Below, one piece after another: positions 15,508 to 24,758 of a stretch of DNA of 29,874 nt. The stretch covers positions 1-29,874 of IMG/VR virus record IMGVR_UViG_3300011334_000137; one strand, given 5' to 3'. The position numbers and the translations under genes were made by a program. Source of the stretch: a virus. Taxonomy: Duplodnaviria; Caudoviricetes. The notes under the pieces were generated by a model. The model searched no databases and was not told the DNA's origin. It was given only the letters and a program-made list of their open reading frames with translations. Position 1 is the first letter of the stretch. Each line of letters starts with the position of its first letter.

Positions 15508-16186
15508 CATGGATGTAGTAGTAGATGATGCAGCGATTGCATCTAAGGCAGCAAATAAAGAGGACTACCAAAGTTTAGGCAAGTTGCCATTCATTGAGCA
15601 AACCATTATACGCTTTGCTTCTATATTCATCAAACGCGTTCAAGACAATCTCAACAAGGCGAACAAGGTAGATACTGGAACGCTAAGTACAGATATTGCT
15701 CAGGGGGATTTAATTAAAAGTGGGACAGAATATTCACTGGACATCGGTTATCCCAAGAGTTCAGATGGTGCTAAGTATTATGACTTTGTAAATAAAGGGG
15801 TAAAAGGTTTCAAATCAGGTTCACCTAATTCACCCTACTCATTTAAATCAGCGTATCCTTCCATCAATGGACCGATGGTTACTGCCATTCAGAAATGGGT
15901 AAAGCGGAATGCGTTATCTCAAAGAAAAGAAACGCAGAAGTATAATCTATCCTCTACACAGAACAAACGCAAATCAGTTGCTCAATTAAACACGGGAAGG
16001 ACTACTGCTTACCTCATCGCAAGGAAGATAAAGCAAAGAGGTCTACCCAAGACTGGGTTCTTTGACAATGCCATAGATGAGGTATTCAATCAGCAGTTTT
16101 ACGATAAAATGGCAAAGGCATTGGGGGCAGATATAAGGGTGTACATAAATCAAGCGAATTCGCTAATTAATAAAGAGAACAAGTAA
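15494..16186 (+). CDS. Putative neck/tail-completion protein (HK97 gp10-like)
   Basis: Basic protein with DTGTL, Y.DFV.KG and P..FF motifs. Confidence 0.55.
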   Translation: MAKVDMDVVVDDAAIASKAANKEDYQSLGKLPFIEQTIIRFASIFIKRVQDNLNKANKVDTGTLSTDIAQGDLIKSGTEYSLDIGYPKSSDGAKYYDFVNKGVKGFKSGSPNSPYSFKSAYPSINGPMVTAIQKWVKRNALSQRKETQKYNLSSTQNKRKSVAQLNTGRTTAYLIARKIKQRGLPKTGFFDNAIDEVFNQQFYDKMAKALGADIRVYINQANSLINKENK

Positions 16187-16190
16187 TTTT

Positions 16191-17378
16191 ATGGCAATAA
16201 CGATAAATTCAATACCTGAACAATACGCATCATTACACGATGACCTTTGGTTCGTGGTGGATTCAACCAATAAGGCATCAAGCAATTTTAAGTATGTCTT
16301 TGATGTCTATGTAGATGCTACTTTGGTAGCAAGGATTAAGCAGTTCCCTGATGTATCAAGTACAAAGGGAATATTCAATGCAGGGAATATCATGCGTAAT
16401 TATGCTCAGTCCTATTTCATACCAAATACCGCTACTACCCTTTTCAGCGGTTCAAATGATAGCATTTACAAGGAATATACTATTAAATTCGGGGAAGAAT
16501 ACGGAGGGACTACTTACACCAACTTGGTTGAGCAAACCTATGTGGCATTCAACTTCTACTATCCTGACTTTTACAACCCTGCACAATCTCCTACATACTT
16601 TAAGAACTACATTAATAAGTGGTTGACCAATAGGGACACAAGCAATATTGAATGTGCTTTTACTGATAAGTTGCATATTGGATACATGAACGCTTCAGGG
16701 GTAACGACAAATGTATATCCTTCCGTTCAGTTGTATAATGAGAATGGCAGTACAAGTGGAAGTGCAGTAACTACTGGTACAGACCCACAAGAAACTTTTA
16801 GTCTATTGGATATCTCACCGACTGCCATAAATGATTGGTACGGGTCAACTGTCATCCCATCAAGTACCTATGCATACGGCATCAAGTTGCATAATGGTAC
16901 TTCATTCGGACCGGAGGTAAAGGTTAAATTGGTTTGCAATCCTAACTACACACCAATAGCATTGCACTTCCTGAATCAATTAGGAGGTTACGATACGATG
17001 CATTTTCGGTTGGTAAATAAGGAATCAAGGCAAGTAGAATCAAAGCAATACGAAGGGAATAAATGGAGGTACAATTCAAGTGCTACTGCGATGCGGACTT
17101 ATGATGACTACAACCGAATCAACCCGGGTGCTACTAAATACGTTGTTGAGCATACAACATCCTACAAACTGCGAAGTAATTACTTAAATGTTACAGATTA
17201 TAACTGGTTGGCAGAGTTGATACAATCACCTGAAGTCTACTTTGAGCAAGGCGGGTACTACTATCCGATAGTAACAATGACAAGCAATTGGGAAGAGAAG
17301 AAGAGGATTGCAGACAAGATGTTTAATCTTGAACTTGATGTGCAGATTACTAATAAAAAATATAGTCAATTCCGATGA
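16191..17378 (+). CDS. Virion structural protein (probable tail tip/distal tail)
   Basis: 395 aa, beta-rich and T/S/N/Y-rich, with FLNQLGGYD. Lies upstream of tail genes. Confidence 0.6.
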   Translation: MAITINSIPEQYASLHDDLWFVVDSTNKASSNFKYVFDVYVDATLVARIKQFPDVSSTKGIFNAGNIMRNYAQSYFIPNTATTLFSGSNDSIYKEYTIKFGEEYGGTTYTNLVEQTYVAFNFYYPDFYNPAQSPTYFKNYINKWLTNRDTSNIECAFTDKLHIGYMNASGVTTNVYPSVQLYNENGSTSGSAVTTGTDPQETFSLLDISPTAINDWYGSTVIPSSTYAYGIKLHNGTSFGPEVKVKLVCNPNYTPIALHFLNQLGGYDTMHFRLVNKESRQVESKQYEGNKWRYNSSATAMRTYDDYNRINPGATKYVVEHTTSYKLRSNYLNVTDYNWLAELIQSPEVYFEQGGYYYPIVTMTSNWEEKKRIADKMFNLELDVQITNKKYSQFR

Positions 17379-19402
17379 GGACAGAGATTTACATTGATGG
17401 TTACCAACTTGACTTAACTAAGAACATATCTGCGGAGTTTACATATGCCATTGATGAGATACAAGACTTTGCAACCCGTAACACATCATTTAGCAAAACA
17501 ATCGTACTACCTGGCAATGATAATAACAATAAACTATTCGGTAATATATTTGAATTCGGGGTATCCAATCAGTATAACTCAGCAGAACCAAACGTGGGTT
17601 ACAACTTTAACGCAACCAAATCTGTACCATGTATCATCTTGGTAGATAAGATTCAAATCTTTAAAGGTGTATTGCGGATGCTTGAAATCATCATTGATGG
17701 AAAGAGCATAGAATATGAGGTTGTGGTATTTGGAGAACTTGGGGGGTTTATCAATGCACTCGGCAACAATAAACTTGAGGACTTAGATTTTGGGATTGCT
17801 GACCAAACTTGGAACGTGACCAACATTGCTAATAGTTGGGATAACATTAGTGGTACTGGGGTTTATTATCCTTTGATTGACAATGGTGTGGTATCAACGA
17901 ATAAGGTTGACTTTTCGTTTGATGCATTTAGACCTGCTTTGTTTGTAAAGCAATATCTAACCAAGATACTTGATGGGTCAGGTTATACGTACGATTTTCC
18001 TTTACTTAGTACGGCTTTGATGAATCGCTTAGTTATACCAAACAATCAAAAGACTTTAACTAAAAGTTCATCAACAGTATTATTAGCAACTGCAAAAGTT
18101 AAAAACTATATCAATGCAAGTGGTAATGTTGAGTTTGATATTGTAAATGCAGGAAATTTCACAATAACTGTAAGCGGTAGCAACTTTGAATACAACTCGG
18201 GTACTGCATTCTCAGGAAGCATTGCTTTAAGTATTGCAGGAACAATAAATGCAATCAGTCCATCAAGTGATTTTACTATTCAACTGCGTAAGAATGGCAC
18301 ACCTATTTCCGGGGTTACCTATACTACTCCTGGGAGCGGTTACAACTTCAATGCAAACCTTAGTGTAGCATCTGCTACACTTGTCAATACCGATACTTTA
18401 GATGTTGACCTTGTAGGAAACTTTTCAGACTTAGATATTGAATCGGGAAACTTTAACGTAGTATCAAGTAATCCAACACTTGTTACTGTTAATTATGGTG
18501 ATACGATTGTAATTGATGACACAATACCGAAGGGAATCTTTCAAAAGGATTTCTTTGCCTCTATAGTTAAGATGTTCAACCTTTATGTCTATGAGGACAA
18601 GTTGGTTGAGAAGAAACTTATCATTAAACCATTCATTGACTTTTACAATGGCAGTCAGATTGATTGGACCGACAAGGTAGATAGAGGTAGCGTTATTAGG
18701 ATTAAACCAATGTCGGAGTTTACTGCTCGGTACTATGATTATAAGTATAAGCAAGACAATGACTTTTATGCTGAGAACTATCGCAAGAAGTTTAATGAGG
18801 GATATGGGGATTATATCTATGATTCAGAGAATGAGTTTGTAAAGGAAGTGGATAGTACAGAGTTGATTTTTGCAAGTACAATACTTTACCAATATCAAGG
18901 AACTGATAAGATATATTCCAGCATTTATAAACTATCAAACTCAAACGCAGCAGAAGATAAGATGGATTCTGTTATCCGTATTCTACAAGCAAAAAAAGTA
19001 ACGGGTAGAGCAACTTGGGCAATAAAGAATGGAGGTACAACTGTTGCATCTTATACTGCTTATGGTTATGCAGGTCACGTTGATGACCCATTGAATCCAG
19101 TTAATGATATTAATTGGGGTTCACCAAAAGAGTTATATTTTAATACTACTTCTTACACTACTGCAAACCTATTCAATGGGTATTGGTCTGAGTACATTGC
19201 AGAGATAACAGATAAGGATAGCAAGTTACTTACTTGCTCTTTGAAGTTAAATGAGGTTGATATCTACAACCTTGATTTTAGTAAACTGATTTATATTGAT
19301 GGTTCACTTTGGAGATTGAATAAGGTCTTGGATTATAACCCAATGGACTTTAACACTACAAAGGTTGAACTTCTTAAAGTAATTGAATTAAATTATATTT
19401 AG
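17375..19402 (+). CDS. Tail tip/hub protein
   Basis: 675 aa with an N-terminal SFSKT..LP motif and a central beta-rich insert. Adjacent to the tape measure gene. Confidence 0.6.
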   Translation: MRTEIYIDGYQLDLTKNISAEFTYAIDEIQDFATRNTSFSKTIVLPGNDNNNKLFGNIFEFGVSNQYNSAEPNVGYNFNATKSVPCIILVDKIQIFKGVLRMLEIIIDGKSIEYEVVVFGELGGFINALGNNKLEDLDFGIADQTWNVTNIANSWDNISGTGVYYPLIDNGVVSTNKVDFSFDAFRPALFVKQYLTKILDGSGYTYDFPLLSTALMNRLVIPNNQKTLTKSSSTVLLATAKVKNYINASGNVEFDIVNAGNFTITVSGSNFEYNSGTAFSGSIALSIAGTINAISPSSDFTIQLRKNGTPISGVTYTTPGSGYNFNANLSVASATLVNTDTLDVDLVGNFSDLDIESGNFNVVSSNPTLVTVNYGDTIVIDDTIPKGIFQKDFFASIVKMFNLYVYEDKLVEKKLIIKPFIDFYNGSQIDWTDKVDRGSVIRIKPMSEFTARYYDYKYKQDNDFYAENYRKKFNEGYGDYIYDSENEFVKEVDSTELIFASTILYQYQGTDKIYSSIYKLSNSNAAEDKMDSVIRILQAKKVTGRATWAIKNGGTTVASYTAYGYAGHVDDPLNPVNDINWGSPKELYFNTTSYTTANLFNGYWSEYIAEITDKDSKLLTCSLKLNEVDIYNLDFSKLIYIDGSLWRLNKVLDYNPMDFNTTKVELLKVIELNYI

Positions 19403-21055
19403 ATGGCAGAAGAAATAATTGGTGTCAAGGTTAAAGTTGATGCAGGTGATGTAGGCAAATCGGTTGGAAGTTTAAAGCAACAACTGCGAGAAGCACAAGC
19501 GGAAGTTACTGCATTGTCTGAGAAGTTTGGTGCGACATCAAAGGAGGCAATCAATGCAGCAAAAAAGGCAGCAGAATTAAAGGACAGAATAGGAGATGCA
19601 AAAGCATTAACGGATGCATTTAATCCGGATGCAAAGTTCAAAGCATTAACCGCATCTTTGTCAGGTGTTGCAGGTGGATTTGCTGCCTTACAAGGTGCAG
19701 TCGGTTTGTTCGGAAATAAAGCGGAAGCAGTAGAGAAAACCTTGTTAAAGGTTCAATCTGCTATGGCATTATCGCAAGGATTACAAGCGGTTGGTGAGAG
19801 TATTGATTCATTTAAGCAACTTGGTGCAGTAGTTAAGTCGGGGGTATCAAACGCATTCGGTACTCTAAGGTCTGCAATTATCTCAACTGGGATAGGTGCA
19901 TTGGTTGTTGGTCTTGGTTTGCTGATTGCCAACTTTGAAACAGTTAAAAAGGTAGTATTAAACTTTATCCCTGGTCTTGGTAAACTTGCTGACTTTGTAG
20001 GAAACTTGGTTACAAAGTTTACTGATTTTGTAGGAATAACATCGGAAGCAGATAGGGTACTTGAAAAGTTAAGCAAGACCAATGCAAAGGCAAATGAGAA
20101 TATAGAGGCAAGGGTAAAGTTACTTACTGCACAAGGAGGTAAGGAAAAGGAGATTTATTCACTTCAAAAAGAAGCGAATGCAAACGAAACCAATGCACTT
20201 CGTGAAAGATTAAAACTTACGGGAACACTAACCGAGGAAGAAGCAAAAAGGTTTAGAGAGTTAAAGGTTGAGAATGCAGTTTTGGATGAAGCAGAAAAGA
20301 AAAGGATAGCAGATAGGAACGCAGAGGCAGCAAAAGTTGCAGCAGATAAGCAAAAAGAAAAAGATAGGATTAAAGCAGAATATGAGGAAGGACAAACATT
20401 AATAAGAAGGGAGAAAGAACTTGCAGCAAACCTAACCACTACGCAAATACTTGGAGTAACGGCAGCAGGTAAAGATGCTTTAGTTCAGACACAAGTAGTT
20501 GCCAAAGGTGTAACAGATGCAATCATAGTAAGTGCAACACAACAAGCAGATGCGAAGAAGCAGTTAACTGATTATGAAAAGCAACTTGAACAACAAAAAT
20601 TTGATGCTCAAGTAGGTCTTGCACAACAATCTCTGTCAATTATTGGCGGTCTTGTTGACCAAAATAGTGCAGCAGGAAAAGCAATCGCAGTCACTCAAGC
20701 AATTATCAATACTTATCAAGGTGCATCCAAAGCGATTGCTCAAGGCGGTATCTTTGGACCAGTAGCAGCAGCAGCGACCATCGCAGCAGGATTGATTAAT
20801 GTTAGGAAAATAATTAGCACAAAAATACCATCCGCAACTGGTGGAGGGAATGTCGGAGGTGGAATTACACCTGCAATAGATACGGCTGCACCAATAGCAA
20901 GTACTGCACCAATTCAAAATACCATTACACAGTTAAATCAACAATCTATAAATAAAATGGGTTCTGCTACGGGTAGAGCATACGTTGTAGAATCTGACAT
21001 TACAAACCAACAAGAAAAAATAATAAGAATCAACCGAGCAGCAAGACTTGGATAA
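19403..21055 (+). CDS. Tape measure protein
   Basis: 550 aa, Ala/Gly/Lys-rich and helical, with hydrophobic stretches (STGIGALVVGLG). Confidence 0.8.
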   Translation: MAEEIIGVKVKVDAGDVGKSVGSLKQQLREAQAEVTALSEKFGATSKEAINAAKKAAELKDRIGDAKALTDAFNPDAKFKALTASLSGVAGGFAALQGAVGLFGNKAEAVEKTLLKVQSAMALSQGLQAVGESIDSFKQLGAVVKSGVSNAFGTLRSAIISTGIGALVVGLGLLIANFETVKKVVLNFIPGLGKLADFVGNLVTKFTDFVGITSEADRVLEKLSKTNAKANENIEARVKLLTAQGGKEKEIYSLQKEANANETNALRERLKLTGTLTEEEAKRFRELKVENAVLDEAEKKRIADRNAEAAKVAADKQKEKDRIKAEYEEGQTLIRREKELAANLTTTQILGVTAAGKDALVQTQVVAKGVTDAIIVSATQQADAKKQLTDYEKQLEQQKFDAQVGLAQQSLSIIGGLVDQNSAAGKAIAVTQAIINTYQGASKAIAQGGIFGPVAAAATIAAGLINVRKIISTKIPSATGGGNVGGGITPAIDTAAPIASTAPIQNTITQLNQQSINKMGSATGRAYVVESDITNQQEKIIRINRAARLG

Positions 21056-21065
21056 AATTAAAGCA

Positions 21066-22100
21066 ATGGAAAAGAATATACCAATTTACAACTTAGAGAT
21101 AACCAGTGATTTAATGGATGATGTTGAGGTTGATGTGGTTAGTCTTGTTGACCGACCTGCAATTGAAAGGTCGTTCCTTATGTTTAAGGATGACAAGTTT
21201 ATTAATCCGATAGTCGGGGAAGGTAAAGACAAGTTCCTCCCAAGATGCATATCTTATGTCATCAATGAAGGCAAGGAAACAGAACAAGCGGTTGCAATCT
21301 GTAACTCTATTTGGGAAGAACACTTTGCAGAGGATTCCTATAATGACTATCCCGATTCTGTAAAGAATAACGCACAAAATGCACTTGATTGGGCAAAGGA
21401 GAATGGTTGGGGTTCTTGCGGTACTGATGTAGGAAAGCAAAGAGCAAACCAGTTGGCAAAGGGAGAACCTATAAGCATTGAAACCATTAAGAGAATGTAC
21501 TCATACCTTTCAAGACACGCAGTAGACTTGGAGAACTCCAAAGGTTATGGAGATGGATGCGGAAAGTTGATGTACGATGCTTGGGGTGGTAAAACTGCTT
21601 TGAGTTGGGCAGAATCAAAGATTAAGCAAATAGAAAGACAAAACTTTGCAATCCAAAGCGAGGAGGAAAGAATAATTAGCGGTCCTTTGATGTTGGCAGA
21701 TACTCCAATTTATCGCAATGATGACAATGGTGAGTATTATGTTGTTTTCACAAAGGAAACAATAAAAAAGATTGCACAGAGGTTTTTTAAGAAAGGTTAC
21801 CAGTCAAACGTGAACTTGATGCATGACCAGGGTAATCTGACCGAGGGCATGACCATGTTTGAAAGTTGGATTAAGGATGACAAGAGGGGAATCAAAGCAA
21901 TGAAAGGTTTTGAGGATGTACCTGATGGGTCTTGGTTCGGTTCGTTCAAAGTTGACAATGATGAGGTATGGCAGATGGTAAAAGATGGCAAGGTTAGAGG
22001 GTTTAGTGTTGAGGGGCAATTTAACTACCGAAAAACGGGAGATAAACGCATTGAGCAACTATGGGAGAACGTATTGGGGGTACTCGCCCAAATCGGCTAA
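21066..22100 (+). CDS. Prohead protease (XkdF-like) with internal insertions
   Basis: VSLVDRPAI, EERIISGP, NLMH, ESW, GSW and GFSVEG motifs. Confidence 0.75.
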   Translation: MEKNIPIYNLEITSDLMDDVEVDVVSLVDRPAIERSFLMFKDDKFINPIVGEGKDKFLPRCISYVINEGKETEQAVAICNSIWEEHFAEDSYNDYPDSVKNNAQNALDWAKENGWGSCGTDVGKQRANQLAKGEPISIETIKRMYSYLSRHAVDLENSKGYGDGCGKLMYDAWGGKTALSWAESKIKQIERQNFAIQSEEERIISGPLMLADTPIYRNDDNGEYYVVFTKETIKKIAQRFFKKGYQSNVNLMHDQGNLTEGMTMFESWIKDDKRGIKAMKGFEDVPDGSWFGSFKVDNDEVWQMVKDGKVRGFSVEGQFNYRKTGDKRIEQLWENVLGVLAQIG

Positions 22101-22155
22101 AAATGCCCTATATGGTACATGGGGAAAACCTAACTATTTATAACTAAAGATATTT

Positions 22156-22737
22156 ATGACAACATTAGAAGCGATAAACAAGATTAAGCAAATGTTCGCA
22201 GAAGCAGGGGAACTCCCAATAGCATCTGTTGAACCTACCCAGTCTTTCGCAGAATACTCCCTTAAGAGTGGTGCTAAAGTCATGATTGATAAGTTGGAAG
22301 TAGGCGGTAAGGTTTCCCTTATTGATGAGGCAGGAGTTGAAACCCCTGCACCTGCCGGAGAACATGAGTTGATTGATAGTTCTATCATCGTTCTTGATGA
22401 GGCAGCAACTATCCTTGAAGTTAAAGTTCCCGAGGTAAAAGTTCCTGAGATTGAGGTAGAGGTAGAAATGCCAGTAGCAGAGGACCTAATGAAGAAGAAG
22501 ATTGAAGAAATGCAAAGGCAACTTGATGAAATCAAGATGAGTTATGATGCTAAGATGGCGAACCAAGAACTGAAGTTCAGTAAAGGAATCAGCGACATTT
22601 CAGATGTATTGGTTCAAATCTTGAACACTCCATCTGCAAACGCAACCGAGCAACCAAAGGATAAGTTTAACGTTCACGTTGAAAGCAAGGATGACAAAGT
22701 AGGTCGTTTCCTCGCATTCGCAAAATCAATTAAGTAA
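22156..22737 (+). CDS. Putative scaffolding protein
   Basis: Acidic protein with a C-terminal coiled coil, between protease and capsid genes. Confidence 0.65.
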   Translation: MTTLEAINKIKQMFAEAGELPIASVEPTQSFAEYSLKSGAKVMIDKLEVGGKVSLIDEAGVETPAPAGEHELIDSSIIVLDEAATILEVKVPEVKVPEIEVEVEMPVAEDLMKKKIEEMQRQLDEIKMSYDAKMANQELKFSKGISDISDVLVQILNTPSANATEQPKDKFNVHVESKDDKVGRFLAFAKSIK

Positions 22738-22767
22738 TTAATTCTCAAACAAATAAAATAAAATAAA

Positions 22768-23718
22768 ATGGCATTTTCAGTAGGAACATTGGCTGCATAT
22801 ACTAAAGAAAACGAGGGTTTACTCGTTGCTTCTTCTGTACTTGGTAGCAAAACCGCATCACTTATTAAGGACAAAGGGAATGTTATGGTCGGTGTTAAAT
22901 CTGCCGAAACCATCAACATCATGGACACAGATGCTATCTTCCAAGATGGTTCATCTTGTGGATTCAACGCATCAGGTACTACCTCTTTCACTCAGAGGAC
23001 TGTAACCGTTGGTAAAATTAAAGTTAACGAAGCATTGTGCTTGAAAGACCTGGAAAGCAAGTATTTGCAGAAGGCACTTCCTGCAGGTTCTTCTTACGAT
23101 AGCATGATTTATTCTGAGGAGTATTCTAACCGTAAGGCTGAGAAAATCGCTTTGCAACTTGAGAATACTATTTGGCAAGGTAACACCGGAAGCGTTGATG
23201 TAAACTTGAATAAGTTTTCAGGTATTACAACTTTGATAACCGCAGCAGGTGCAGCAGTTGTAAACGCAAATAGCGTAGCACTTCATGGTGTAGTAGAAAC
23301 TTCAATTACTGATGCAAACGTAGTTAGCATTTTTGATGATATCTACAAAGCAATCCCTGCATCTGTTGTTGACAAAGATGATATCACCATTTTCTGTGGT
23401 ATGGATGTTTTCAGGACTTACACTGTTAAGTTGAAATCTTCTAACCTTTATCACTATCAGTTTGATGGTAAGGCAAATGGTGAGTTTTTCCTCCCAGGTA
23501 CTAACGTGAAAGTAATGGCAGTTCAAGGCTTGAATGGTACTGGCAAGATTGTTGCTTGTAGAATCTCTAACTTGTTCTTGGGTACTGACCTTTTGAATGA
23601 AGAAGAGCGTTTTGAAATCTTCTTTGCCAAAGAAGCAGACCAGGTAAGGTTTGTAGCCGAATTCAAAATGGGAGTAAACTTTGCATTCCCAGATGAGATT
23701 GTTAAGTTTTTCACTTAA
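22768..23718 (+). CDS. Major capsid protein
   Basis: 316 aa after protease and scaffold. IALQLENTIWQG...FSGI is typical of HK97-fold capsid proteins. Confidence 0.85.
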   Translation: MAFSVGTLAAYTKENEGLLVASSVLGSKTASLIKDKGNVMVGVKSAETINIMDTDAIFQDGSSCGFNASGTTSFTQRTVTVGKIKVNEALCLKDLESKYLQKALPAGSSYDSMIYSEEYSNRKAEKIALQLENTIWQGNTGSVDVNLNKFSGITTLITAAGAAVVNANSVALHGVVETSITDANVVSIFDDIYKAIPASVVDKDDITIFCGMDVFRTYTVKLKSSNLYHYQFDGKANGEFFLPGTNVKVMAVQGLNGTGKIVACRISNLFLGTDLLNEEERFEIFFAKEADQVRFVAEFKMGVNFAFPDEIVKFFT

Positions 23719-23727
23719 ATAACAAAT

Positions 23728-23759
23728 GAGGCAAGGGGTGTTTATCACTCCTTGCTTTC
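23728..23759 (+). terminator. Hairpin after the capsid gene (partial terminator or stabiliser)
   Basis: GCAAGGGGTG-TTTAT-CACTCCTTGC with a short T tail. Confidence 0.65.
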
Positions 23760-23777
23760 ATCTTAAATATTAATACC

Positions 23778-24290
23778 ATGCCGTGTGCGTTAACCCAAGG
23801 ATATACATTAGACTGTAAGGAGTCAATAGGCGGTATTAAAGCCGTTTGGTTTATTCCTTTTGAGAATGTAACCACAATAACAGAAGCATCAGGTGTTGTT
23901 ACTACAATCACCAAGAGTGCAGGAAAAGTTTTTTATAAGTACCAACTTGTAAAGCAGACATCTTCTTTGACCGAGAATATCACTGCATCCGTTGAAAATG
24001 GAACAGTATTTTATGCTCAAGAGTTGTCAATCATCCTTAACAAACTTCAAGCAAATACCCGTAACGAAATCTTGCTTCTTGCTAAGAATAACCTTCTTGC
24101 AGTTGTTCAAGATGGCAACGATAAGTATTGGTTGCTTGGTAAGGTAAATGGTGCTGATTTGACTGGTGGCAATGGTGCTACTGGTACTGCTTTCGGAGAT
24201 AGGAATGGTTACACATTGACCTTCACGGGCAATGAACCTGCACTTGCTCCTGAAGTATCAAGTTCAATCATAGCAGGACTGACTGCGTAA
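23778..24290 (+). CDS. Putative major tail (tube) protein
   Basis: 170 aa, Thr/Gly-rich beta protein (C...GGIK.V...NGYTLTF.G.E) co-transcribed with the capsid gene. Confidence 0.65.
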   Translation: MPCALTQGYTLDCKESIGGIKAVWFIPFENVTTITEASGVVTTITKSAGKVFYKYQLVKQTSSLTENITASVENGTVFYAQELSIILNKLQANTRNEILLLAKNNLLAVVQDGNDKYWLLGKVNGADLTGGNGATGTAFGDRNGYTLTFTGNEPALAPEVSSSIIAGLTA

Positions 24291-24315
24291 ATAGGAACAT
24301 AGGTTTAGAATGAGT

Positions 24316-24346
24316 AGGGCAACCCATAGCGGTTGCCTTTCTTTTT
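24316..24346 (+). terminator. Intrinsic terminator
   Basis: AGGGCAACC-CATAGC-GGTTGCCTT followed by TCTTTTT. Confidence 0.8.
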
Positions 24347-24380
24347 GGGTAAAAGTCAAGGGATTACCTATTTAGTGGTA

Positions 24381-24758
24381 ATGATACAATTGACACAAGG
24401 TTCAACCGAGTTCATTTATTTAACCATAACGGAGAATCAAACCATTGCATCTCCGAATTATCTATTCCGTTTTGTCAATAGGACCACACGGGATGAGGTT
24501 GCTTTTGTTTTGCTTAATGCTTTGGATGTATCACCATTCAAGGATAGGTACAATAAATTCAGCATAAAAGTACCTAAATACTTTGGATTGGGAAACATAG
24601 GCGAGTGGTTGTATTATGTCTATGAGCAAACAAGTGCTTACAATGTAGACTATACCCAAGCAACGGGATTGCTTGAGGAGGGAATAATGAAACTGTCACC
24701 ATCAACAACTTTTGAGTACACTCAACATGAGGTTGACAATACATACATAACAAGATGA
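24381..24758 (+). CDS. Hypothetical structural protein
   Basis: ATG at 24381 after CTATTTA. ATGA overlap with the portal gene. Confidence 0.65.
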   Translation: MIQLTQGSTEFIYLTITENQTIASPNYLFRFVNRTTRDEVAFVLLNALDVSPFKDRYNKFSIKVPKYFGLGNIGEWLYYVYEQTSAYNVDYTQATGLLEEGIMKLSPSTTFEYTQHEVDNTYITR

